A model generated the notes under the pieces. It was not told the origin of the DNA and made no database searches. It saw nothing but the letters and a program-made list of their open reading frames with translations. A stretch of 64,000 bases of DNA from Octopus bimaculoides (taxonomy: Eukaryota): the NCBI RefSeq assembly GCF_001194135.2, contig NC_068981.1:134088183-134152182 (forward strand), in the 5' to 3' direction. Below, one piece after another: positions 37,600 to 48,479 of this stretch; the first letter of the stretch is position 1, and each line of letters opens with the position of its first letter. The translations under genes were made by a program, and so were the position numbers.

Positions 37600-38200
37600 C
37601 TAGTAAAAGTGTACGTTGAATCAGAATTTGATTCCAGTACACATACAGCCTCTGTAAATTGTTGTAATACCAGGTCTTTGTATGTGTGAAAAGCATTTGT
37701 ATTTCAGTATTGTTTACTGATCCATTGTACTTCTGTACAGAATGTTGATAAAATACAGTTATCTGTTTCTTTTTCATTGTATTCACATCAGTATCTCCGG
37801 TGCTTTCACCTAAACTGCAAGATGTTTCTCCTATATGGTTGTAATGATGTTTATACCTACATTGCCCTTTCAACCATCTCAATTAGTTTACATTCCTAGA
37901 TCTGCAGTTTATCTGTGGGTTGGATGGGAATAATCAGCAGTTGTTGTCAGTGCATGGTTTTTTTCTTAAATGAATATGATTTACATAATAGTGACTTGAT
38001 GGATCTGTTTATATTTTCTACTTCATTGAATTTAAAATTGTTTCATATAGTACTTTCTTAAATTTGTGTATGATCTCACTTTTGGGTGCAGCCATAATGG
38101 ACATAATATCTTGGGATTTGTTATTGTCATTGCACAAGCTTTCTTTGATTGTTTTTTTTCCTTTTTCTTTCAAATACATCCTAGAATTTGTTCCAGTACA
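37600..38200 (-). mobile_element. second Penelope-like GIY-YIG relic, heavily decayed
   Basis: Across frameshifts: KPCTDNNC*..NCRSRNVN*..GQC..HIGETSCSLGE..VFYQH..KDLVLQQFTEAVCV, resembling the PLE Cys-rich linker, YIGETxRSL and RQIxEAVxI motifs. Confidence 0.58.
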
Positions 38201-39644
38201 TTGAGTATACTCCATTTGTATCACCAACCCTGCAAAAAAAGGGTGATGAAATGCAAGATTGCCTTTGGAGGGATTTGAATATAGACATAAGGTACAAGTA
38301 TGCCTGTAGAGTTAAAAAGTTCCCTCCATAACTATAAGGTTTTGAGTTCAATTGCATTAATTCAACCAAAGATAGATGAGTGTAAAAGAATCTCACTTGA
38401 TGTGAGTGTGAGTAGATATGCTTGTGTTTGTGTATGTGTATGTTTTTTCTGTGTGTATGCATGTTTGTTCATGTCTCTCTGTCTTGACATCATGCACTAA
38501 TGGTAAACAAACATCATCACTGTACAGTGTCATTCAAACATGTCTGGCTATTGTACTGTTCATATTTGAATGATTACAGGAAATATGTCACTTGAAAACA
38601 GCTGAAGTTTGGTGGCAAGAAGAGCATCCAGCCATAGAAAATCTGCTTCAATAAATTTTGTCTACCTCATGCAAGCATAGAAAAGTGGATGTTAAAACCA
38701 CAATGATGACAACAATGATTGATGATGACATAAACAGCTGCAATGAATATCACAAGGCATTTAGTCCAATGCTCTAATGCTGCTATTAATTTACCACATT
38801 TAAAAAATATTTATATGACTTTCATAAGCACAAATGGAAAACAAAAAGAGAACAGAGACACTGGCAGGACTCAAACTGTATAGCTATCACATTAGATGTG
38901 ACCCTGCTACTGATAACCACCCTCCTCCCACATGCACACACTCACATATTGTAGCAGGAAGACCTGTGGTGTTGACATGTATTCATCAACTTTTGCCCAT
39001 ACTCACACATGATGTGTGCACATTCAAAATAATATGTTGCTGCAATGCATACTATAAAACAATGCTTTTTTTTTCTTTTATGATAACCATAAATGCACAC
39101 ACACACACACACACGCGCACGCTAATCAATTTGGTTATAAAGGCCATCTATATCCTATCATTTGGTGTGTGTTGTGTAAGTCTATATTATCTATAGTTAC
39201 AAGGAGTGCTCCTCTTACAGTAATTTTACATTGTAAAGATGAATATATTTGCATAAATATTGCTTTATTATTAGGTTTCTCATCTTACACCTGAAACAAA
39301 ACAAACTGACTAAGAAAGAAAAGCAAATAGGTGTTCTTACGGAAGACTACAAACATATTAGATTTAATTAGATTTGGGGAAATATCTACAATGTTCGCAC
39401 CAGTCAGTATTAATATTCTATTTATAGTTGCTCTTACATGCAGTCAGAGGATCAAAATCATTTCATTGGCTTCATACAGGGGAGGGTCACATTTGTGCTA
39501 CATAAAAAAAAATCATATTTCAGACAGGCTTCTTACAAAATAATAGTTAACAGGAAACAACTACAAGGGAAAGCAGCTGATTCATGATCAGCTTCAAAAC
39601 TGTGAAACCTCCTTGCAGTTCAATGGAAAACAAGTGGATTGATA

Positions 39645-39810
39645 TCTCCCAATGATCTGTGGATAGAATTTAGAGGTATCATAGCCAGTGATTATAAGCA
39701 TCAATTATAAGCAACATAATCCCAAAGATGTCATTCATTTCAGTGATCCTGTCTTTGTCATGGCTCTCATTGTAATTGAGGACAATTTCTGGCAATGGGT
39801 GGAGGAAAAT
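39645..39810 (+). mobile_element. possible Helitron Rep-helicase linker relic
   Basis: SPNDLWIEFRGIIASDY and HFSDPVFVMALIVIED resemble the PxxLWExFxxxMSxD and YNxALIxIED motifs upstream of Helitron PIF1 domains. Confidence 0.45.
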
Positions 39811-39827
39811 AGCATAAATATGATTTC

Positions 39828-40099
39828 TAATGCAGCAGTCCTGGTTGGGATGAATGTTACTGTTATTTAGCCCCAGGAAACATTGTCTCCAGTTGGCTAT
39901 ACGACACACTATCTGTGTCCTTATATTTTCGAACAAGGGAGTTTAGCATCCCCACTCAGCACAAAGCAATATCTGCATACCTTGGTTTCTGGATTATTTC
40001 TCTTCATCCGCACAAAATAACTGCTTGGCTAGAGATGGCATTGGTAAATTCCTGATCAAAAATATACAATTTTCAAAGTGATACACAGTCAATGATCTA
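39828..40099 (-). mobile_element. unclassified repeat, inverted copy of 42540-42809
   Basis: Aligns by eye with the reverse complement of 42540-42809 over about 270 bp, and shares its outer half with the MITE at 41169. Confidence 0.8.
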
Positions 40100-40174
40100 A
40101 TACTCTCTCTTTTACTCTTTTACTTGTTTCAGTCATTTGACTGCGGCNNNNNNNNNNGTATATATATATATTTC

Positions 40175-40679
40175 ATATGATGGAACTGGAAGCGTACCAG
40201 ATTTGCTGGAGTAAGAAGTCAAATGACTTCGGAAGCCATAGTTAGATCATTTTACGAACAAGCCCTGTGAAAATCGGGCAAGGAATAAAAATTAAGCTGC
40301 TACCTTTGCGAAGGTGACAAAGGAAATAGCAGATAGCTCTGAATTGTGTATATTTATTTATAAATTATTCATGTAATTCGTCCACTTATGTGCCTCGGGC
40401 CATCGAACGAACACACGAGCACGGCGAGGGGAATAAGTTTAAATTTGATTTCTTTCGAGGTAAGCATAACAGAAGAAGGGATAAGATTGCTTATTCAGAA
40501 CCCGAAGCCGGTATTAAGCTATCTTCTATTTCCTCTACTACCCTTACAAAATTAGGAGCCTAATTTTTAATCCTTGCTCGATTTTCACCATACTTGTTCG
40601 TAAAGTGAGAACCTTTGGCTTCCGAAGTCATTTGACTTTTATCTCTAGCAAAGTCGGTACTCTTCCAGTACCATTATAT
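40175..40679. mobile_element. long-TIR (about 125 bp) fold-back/MITE element
   Basis: Left arm atatgatggaactggaagcgtacc..aagtcaaatgacttcggaagcc..gtgaaaatcgggcaagg is the reverse complement of the right arm ccttgctcgattttcac..ggcttccgaagtcatttgactt..ccagtaccattatat. A TA target is possible. Confidence 0.85.
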
Positions 40680-40760
40680 TTTTTAAATTTGCCTACATGC
40701 TCTGAATAGCCACTAATATTATTAATTTTATTATTAATAATTTTCTTGCATATTCTTTTA

Positions 40761-41165
40761 TTCTTTTATTTGTTTCAGTCATTTGACTGGGGCCATGCTG
40801 CTGTACCGACTTTAGTCTAGCAAATCGACCCCAGGACTTATTTTTGTAAGCCTAGTACTTTTTCTATCTGTCTCTTTGCCGAACCGCTAGGTTACGGGCA
40901 CGTAAACACACCAGCATCTGTCGTCAAGCGATGGTGGGGAGGTAAACACAGACACAGACACAGAAATACACACACACACGCACACACATATATACGACAG
41001 GGTCCTTTCCGTTTCCGTCTAAAAAATCCACTCACGAGGCTTTAGTTGGCCCGAGGCTATAGTAGAAGACACTTGCCCAAGGTGCCATGCAGTGGGACTG
41101 AACCCAGAACCATGTGATTAGTAAGCAAGCTACTTACCACTTACCACACAGCCACTCCTGCGCCT
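40761..41165 (-). mobile_element. SINE family A, full length
   Basis: tRNA head (aggcgcaggagTGGCTGTGTGG..GGGTTCAGTCC), CORE-like ccttgggcaagtgtcttc, internal (TG)n and a tail ending gactgaaacaaataaaag. From memory it resembles described octopus tRNA-derived SINEs; not verified. Confidence 0.9.
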
Positions 41166-41168
41166 ATA

Positions 41169-41474
41169 AATAGAAAAATTATTATTTCTAAATTTCTCAG
41201 TGAGAGACATTCAGAAATAGTACTCTAAAGTAAAGATTATTTGCCAACATAATGTGGCAGTTCTGGTTGGGATGTTAAACTCCCTTGTTTGAAAGTATAA
41301 GGACACAGATAGAGTGTCGTACAGCCAGTTGGAGATGAGGTTTCCTGGGGCTAAATAACAGTAATATTCATCCCAACCTGGACTACCGCATTATGTTGGC
41401 AAATAATCTTTACTTTAGAGTACTGTTACTGAATGTCTCTTGTTGAGAGATTTAGAAATAATAATTTTTCTATT
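41169..41474. mobile_element. 306-bp element with 106-bp terminal inverted repeats
   Basis: 41169-41274 is the imperfect reverse complement of 41369-41474, with a 94-bp spacer. Confidence 0.9.
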
Positions 41475-41479
41475 AATAA

Positions 41480-42350
41480 AAGAATAGAACTGAAATGCTA
41501 AAACAGTGTGCAAATTATAATTTGTGACAAGTTTTCTATGTCCCAAAAAGTATTGTTTAAGGTTTTGGACCAAACTGGTACAGATATGAAGGACACATTT
41601 TCCTTTCAGAAGATTAACAATAGTCTTAGTAAGAAACTTTTGTCTGACACTTAGGATAGTCCCAAAGAGGACAAGAGCAGATTGAATCAGAGCTACTTCA
41701 AATTGAAGCTTTTATGAAGGCATGTTAAAAAACTCAAGTATGAGAGTTTATGTTAATATACAGAAATTCTCAGCTTAATTTGCTACAACACTTTCAGAAC
41801 TTGAAAATGAGTTTGTTGTCCCTGATCAAAACAGGGACATATCTTTGGTTGTCATTAGTGAATTGACATTGTCAGTTGATGAACTAAAAACAAGCATTTC
41901 ACATCATTCAACAGAATTACTATAATCACAAATAACTATGAGCAACAACAATGATTGCCACACCCCAAAAAGGCTAATAGGAATAAGATCATCTACAAAT
42001 AAATTATTCAATAGTTGCAAGAAGATGAATTTGTTTGCAAGTCTCTTGAGGCTGTCTTAAATCCCAGAGAAACTCTAAACTACCCCACTGAGCTGCAGTT
42101 ACCAGATGTGCCACATTATAGGCTTTTGTTGAAGAAAGGATTCTCAATTCTCCTTAGGAACTTGGGTGCTCCGAGTATGTGCATTGGCCCAAGGGTGGTA
42201 ATCAAAAAACTAATGATACAGCTGAATAGCAACAATACCATCAGGATGTAATGCTGTGTGTTGTATTTATCCCAGGAGTAACAATCATCACTACCTCATT
42301 TGAATTTCGAAGACTGCAATTCACACTCAGTATGTGTTTTTCTATATTCA
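41480..42350 (+). mobile_element. Helitron PIF1-family helicase relic
   Basis: QIIICDKFSMSQKVLFKVLDQT (Walker-B region, IIWDE-like), IVPKRTRAD*I (cf. VPRGTRADE), SMRV, NYPTE..LPDVPHYRLLLKKGFSILLRNL..MCIGPRVVIKKLM, VVFIP..FEFRRLQF. Confidence 0.85.
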
Positions 42351-42467
42351 TTAGAATTATAGAGGCAATACATACATACATACATACATACACACATACA
42401 TACATGCATGCATGCATGCATGCATGTATGCATACATACATACATACATACATACATACATACATAC

Positions 42468-42809
42468 ATCTTTACTTTAGAGTACTATTACTGAATGTCT
42501 CTCATTGAGAAATTTAGAAATAATAATTTTTCTATTTATTAGATCAGTGACTGTGTATCACTTTGAAAATTATATATTTTCGATCAGGAATTTAGCAGTG
42601 CCATCTCTAGCCAAGCAGTTATTCTGTGCTGATGAAGAGAAATAATCCAGAAACCAAGGTATACAGATATTGCTTTGTGCTGAGTGGGGATGCTAAACTC
42701 CCTTGTTCGAAAATATAAGGAGACAGATAGTGTGTCATATTGCCAACTGGAGACAATGTTTCCTGGGGCTAAATAACAGTAACATTCATCCCAACCACGA
42801 CTGCTGCAT
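42468..42809 (+). mobile_element. rearranged copy of the 41169/39828 repeat family
   Basis: 42468-42536 is the outer part of the right TIR. 42540-42809 is the internal region plus the inner part of the TIR. Both outer ends abut (TACA)n. Confidence 0.75.
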
Positions 42810-44189
42810 ACATACACACATGCATACATACATACATACATACATACATACATACATACAAACATATATACATGTATGCATATGTGTTTGTGCATTTATA
42901 CATGTATATGTGTATATGCCTGTTTATGGATGCATATGGAGATCTGATAATATAACTAAAGTTAAAGAATAAAGAATAAGACCAAACACAAAAAAAAAAA
43001 AAATTCAACAATTTATTCAAAAATGATGAATCTACATTATAACAAAGGGAAATATCTACACTAAAGATGAACAACCATGGATAAAACCAAAACCAATGAA
43101 ACGAACTTTTCAAAAATGAAGAACCAACATTATATCTCAAAACAAGTATGTGCACCAAAAGCATAACACAGGATGAAGCTACAACAATTTAAGCAAAAAA
43201 AAGTAACAAAAATTCTAATAAAAGAAAATAGCCATAAAATATGATAAAAATAGAATATAAATAAAAATCAACATAAAAAAATGCGAGAAAAGATGAAGAA
43301 ATTATGAACTGAGAGTGTAACAAAACAAGATATCATGAAATATGAAGACCATTTCTGCAGAATATGATGAAAAATGTAGAAAATCAAAGATGAACATCTA
43401 AGAATGTCGTTAATCATAAAACAAAAAAAAAACTAAGACTGTAACCAATAATGAAGAACTAAAAACTGCAGAGGAAGATGAAGAATTAAGAAGATAATCA
43501 AAGATGTTGAACTAAGGATATAATCAATGTTGAAAAACTATGTAACCAAAGATTAATAAATAAGAATATTGTTACAGATTAAGGAATAACAATGTAAACA
43601 AAGATTAAGAAGAAAAGTTAGAACCAAAAATACAACATAAAGAACCTAGAATATAACTAAAGAGAGAAAAAAAAAAAAGACAGTATACACTCAAAGATGA
43701 AGAATAATGCACCCAAAGATAAGGAACCAACATTTTATAAGAAAGGAAATTAAAATCAAAGTACAAAATGCAAGAAGGAAACCAAAGAACAGAGTCTACA
43801 AATGGAACTAAAAAAGCAGCAGACACAAAAAAGATGATGAAATATGAAGACAACAAAACATGTCCAAAGATGAAGGCAACCACAGAAGATAACCAAAGAA
43901 GAATGCCTTTTAAAGATTAAAAAAATATTCAGAAATAAACAATGGTAACAACTATGGCAAAATAATGTTACAAATGAAGTTCCAAGATTATAACCAAGGA
44001 ATGCAATGACTATAACTAGACATGATGAATTATGAATATAACCAAAATGTGATGGACCCATAATTTTCAACAAGGTCAAAGATCCAAGAGTACAAACAAG
44101 GACAAACACCTTATAATACAATAATTTAATCATTGATAAAGAACTATGAATATAAGGGAAAATAAAGGGCTAACAATAAAGCCAAATAT

Positions 44190-44560
44190 AACAAGAGCAT
44201 TCAGAGAGTGCAAACCTCCGCCAAGGCAACACCAATGTCCTCTCAATGATTAACCAGAGATGATTTTTAAAATGAGAATATCTGAAATAAACTTGACTGC
44301 TCTCACAAACAAGAATACTAAAAATAAACCTAACTGCTCTCAAAAATTAAGTAAAAAAAAAAACAGAAAAATAATCTGGAATCGTTGTCTGGTACCAGAT
44401 CAATCCCAACATCTAATTAGTTTGTGCTAGTCACAAGGCCAAACATCCCCGAAAGTTTCATCTGAATCCATTCAGTGGTTCTTGAGATACTTATCCACAG
44501 ACAAACAAACAAACACAACTGAAAACAATACCTCCACCTTCACTAAGGCAGAGGTAATTA
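44190..44560 (+). mobile_element. Helentron/DINE-1-like non-autonomous element
   Basis: 5' subterminal acctccgcc (44214-44222) is inverted relative to the 3' ggcagaggt. A 3' GC-rich hairpin tacctccacctt-cact-aaggcagaggta lies at 44529-44556, with a (CAAA)n microsatellite just before it. Confidence 0.6.
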
Positions 44561-44723
44561 ACAAAACAAAACAAAAATAAATGAAGAATCATCGTTATAA
44601 TAAAAAATTAAGAAGTGAGTATATGAGTATATTACTAAAGATGAAGAAGAAAGATAAAAGATTTTAACTGAAGACAAGAAACTTAAGATCAAAACAAAAG
44701 AAGATAACTTTAAAGTAAGATCT

Positions 44724-44887
44724 GGCACGGTTGTGCAGCTAAGGAACTTGCTTTGCAACCATGTGGTTTGGGGTTCAGTCCCTATGTGTGGCACCTTGAG
44801 CAAACATCTTCTGTTATAGCCCCTTGTCAATCAATTCTTTGTGAGTGAATTTGGTGGATGGAAACTATGTAGAATCCTGTCGTGTGT

Positions 44888-44926
<39 letters not shown>

Positions 44927-45178
44927 TTTTTGTGTGTGTGTGTATGTGCGTTTTTGTGTGTGTGTGTGTGTTTGTCTTGGTGTCTGTGATTGTTCTGCCC
45001 TGTGCTTGACAACCAGTGTGGGTTTGCTTACATTCCAGTAACTTAGCAGTTCAGCAAAATAGACTGCTAGAACAAGTACTAGACTCGTAAAATAAGTATT
45101 GGGGGTAATGTGTTTCACTAAAACCCTTCAAGGCGATGCCCCAGCATGGCTGCAGTCCAATGACTGAAACAAAATAAA
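44724..45178 (+). mobile_element. SINE family A, near full length, older copy
   Basis: Head GGGTTCAGTCC, ccttgagcaaacatcttc, (TG)n and tail ccccagcatggctgcagtccaatgactgaaac. Confidence 0.85.
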
Positions 45179-46124
45179 ATATAGAAGTAGAAGAAACAAA
45201 AAGAAGAAAAAAATCTGAGCCCCAGTTGGAGCAACAACAAGGAGCAGGCAAAGAAAAAGATGCTCATAAATGATGACAACCAAAGTTGACAAAATATGAC
45301 AACAACAGGTCACAAAAGAAGACTAATGTGATTAATGACATAACAACGCTCAAACAATGACGACAGCAAAAGAAGAATTTAATTCAAAGGAAAATAAACC
45401 AAAGAGAAAAGAATTTAACTAAACAGAAGAAACAAATAATGAAGACTATCACAAAGAATAAATAATATAACTAAAGGTATATAACTAAGAATATAATTAC
45501 AGGTGAAGAACTAGTCATATAACCAAATGTGAATAACGAAAAATATAAACAAATATAACATAGTCGAAGAACTAATTATATAACCAAATATAAAGTACTA
45601 AATATCTAACCAAGGAAGGAGAGCCAATGATATAAAATGATATAAAGAAGGAAAAAAACAAAGAAGAAAACAAAACAGCAACTGATGTATATAACAAGGA
45701 TGACCAAAGAATATAACCAAAAATGAAGACGCAATACTTTTTAACAAAGATGAAGAGCAAAGACAATTAAGAAAGATGAACCAGTAACGCTATAACCAAA
45801 GAGAAAGAAGCAGGAATATATGAGAACATGAATAGAAAAAAGATGAAAAAACAATGGCTGTAAATATGAAATTATATATTAAAAAAATGTACCAAAGGTG
45901 ATGATACATGAATTTAAACATAAATGATGAACCGAGATTATGATGAAAGAACAAGGTAACACAAATGTAGAGCCAAACATTGGAGAAAACGAAAATAAAA
46001 AAGTACAAGCCTAAAACAAAACCAAAGAAGGAATCATATAGAATGAATGCTGAACCTAGAACACACACACACACACATGCATGCATGCACACACACATAC
46101 ATTATGTCCTAGGTATGACTTTAA

Positions 46125-46343
46125 CTCTTTAATATTTAAACAGGCCACATCCAGGCCAAATATTCTACCTGTTTTATGTACAAACTGGCCAGATCTGGCC
46201 TCTCACACCATCCTTACAATATACTTCTAAACATAAATATTTACCACATCAAAATCTCAAAGCTACAAGATAATGCATAATCAATTCAAAACACATGAAT
46301 AAATAAGCATTACACTAGACAGAATAATGTGAACACTAAAGGG
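46125..46343 (-). mobile_element. piggyBac-type MITE, reverse orientation
   Basis: TTAA at 46121-46124 and 46344-46347; 219 bp; reverse-complement homologue of 21391-21609. Confidence 0.82.
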
Positions 46344-47283
46344 TTAAACTGCATCCAGTTGTGGAGCTCTGGTTCGAGAGTTCCAGGGTTTTGAGAAGTG
46401 TGAAACCATGTCTTAGTCACTATTGTTCCCAGGTCTTATTCTGACCTGGAGTAGTAGCACCTGTGACGGTCCCAGCCGTGGGTTAACTAGCATGTGTGAT
46501 GACAATCCATCTGAGCTTGTAGACACAGATATACCCTTGGTTAGAATCAGGGCATGCAGTAAAACCACCGGGAATGAGGGATCCCTAAATGTTGCCACAT
46601 CACAGCATCCTTCTAGGAGATGGACACTCTGATGTAAAACCTGTGGTTTCACATGATGACTGGTCATCTCACTCTGGCTTGTCACCAAGTACTAAGAAGA
46701 GAAACTCAGACAGTAATACTCGTGTTGTACAAGCATTTATCACTATAATCCAATAATGTACAGATGTCTCTTTATGGTGACCTCATTTGTCATTTCATCT
46801 ACTGAAAGTCCTAAGGTGATGGAAGAGTGGTGACATGTGCAGACCTAATCAGCTGGAAGTGTACAGTAAATTACAACTTTCATCTGTCATCTATACTTCC
46901 AACCATGCAGTGGGACTGAATTTTTATCTGAAGGGTCATGGATAGAAAATCAGTAAAGCCATTGACTAGACAACACAAGAATATGGCCATATATATATAT
47001 ATATATATATAAATAGGTTAGGCATGGCTGTGTGGTAAAGAAGTTCGCTTTGCAAAGGCAAGCTTGTAGTACACTGTACAAGCTTGTCAGATTAATGTAC
47101 TTTCAGAGCAATAAACTTATAGTAGCTCACATTTAAATCCTGTATTCAGAAAATTACATATATACATACATACATAAATATGTATGTACTGCATATGTAT
47201 ATACATACATAACATACATACATACATACATAGATGCATACATACGTACATACATATATATATGTGTGTGTGTTTGTGTTTGT

Positions 47284-47580
47284 GTGTGCCAAAATATTTG
47301 AGAGACCTGCAAGACATGGATGCGGAGGTCTTCAAGACAAAACTTGATGCTTTCCTCTCCACGATACCAGACGAACCAATAGCTCGAAATGAGACACAGT
47401 TTAGGGCAGCAATGTCAAATTCTCTTATACACCAGATGTGCCATCAAAACTCTTGATTGGACTATATCAGGTGGAGGAGAAGAGCCATGCAAGGAACGTG
47501 AAGAGAGCACAGCATAAAGACGGAAAATCATGGTGGTGCTCCAGCATGACCGCAGCCACTTGGCTGAAACCCATAAAAAA
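47284..47580 (+). mobile_element. CR1/Jockey/I-group LINE, ORF2 C-terminus plus 3' UTR
   Basis: VPKYLRDLQDMDAEVFKTKLDAFLSTIPDEP..RAAMSNSLIHQ* (stop at 47456), resembling the LPxxLR..FKxKLDxFL..PDxP..RAAxSNSL LINE terminus, then a short UTR and an A-tail. Confidence 0.75.
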
Positions 47581-47609
47581 AAATATATATATATATATAC
47601 ACACATACA

Positions 47610-48450
47610 TATATGCATGACTCTACTGCAATGTATCATCAGACGAAAGGATGGGCCTATATGAGCAGACTATGCATGGATATGTTAGTAGAAAGCTCTG
47701 AAATGATAGTAATATCAACCACCAAAGCAGTTTATCATGGACCAATAGCTGGATTGCTACCTCCCACTTTGAAGGGTATGTGTTTGAAATCCAGAAACAG
47801 GAGATATCAACCAAGTACCTGATGCACAAAAGGGATAGAGATGCAAGAAAAGTAGTAAAATGTGACAACCGATGTAGACTTTGTGGAGTTAATACCGAAG
47901 ATATCACCCACACCATAAGCAGTTGTTTGAAAATGTCATCACGGTATTATCTACCGATGAGACATCATGTTATAGCTAAGACATTCTATAATGAAATCCA
48001 TTGGAAGGATAACCCCGAGGACAAAGAAATAAGAACTCACAGTATGGTAGAAGCCATCTGCAGTTACTCTATCCAGATTACAAATTCAGATTTATACCTG
48101 TAATTATTGGGGCTCTGGGATATGTAACACACTGCCTAAACACCAATCTTGAGAAATTAGGCTTCCCAAAACCAGAAAGGAGAAAGCTAATTCGAAGACT
48201 ACAGATCCAATCCATCACTGGAACTGTAAAAATCTGTAAAACTTTAAATATACATGAGCATGTCTACATATGCAGCTATATGCATGAGAATACATACATG
48301 AAGCAAAACATACAAATCTGCACATATACATACATACATACAAGCAAAAATACCTTGTTGTTGATGTTGAAATTCTAGTGAATCTAGGTTAGAAACCGGC
48401 TCTTTCTCTATTGGCAAGAAATCTTGAAATAAAATTGAACAATGACATGC
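47610..48450 (+). mobile_element. RLE-type (R4/Dong-like) LINE 3' relic, same family as 510-1082
   Basis: TMHGYV..SHFEGYVFEIQKQEISTKYLMHKRD..KCDNRCRLCGVNTEDITHTISSCLKMSSRYYLPMRHHVIAK (CCHC), then LQLLYPDYKFRFIPVIIGALGYV..GTVKICKTL and a 3' UTR. Confidence 0.88.
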
Positions 48451-48479
48451 ATATATATATATATAAAACTATTACTTTT

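Larger units (their letters stand above)
42950..46060. repeat. degenerate 26-bp A-rich satellite, interrupted by insertions
   Basis: Consensus is approximately ATAACCAAAGATGAAGAACTAAGAAT. Three consecutive 26-mers lie at 45467-45544, and phased units also occur around 43440-43570. Confidence 0.72.

Noticed and set aside
42950-46060. K/E/N-rich coding repeat hypothesis for the A-rich region
   Set aside because: The period is 26 nt (not a multiple of 3), and all plus-strand frames are frequently interrupted by stops.
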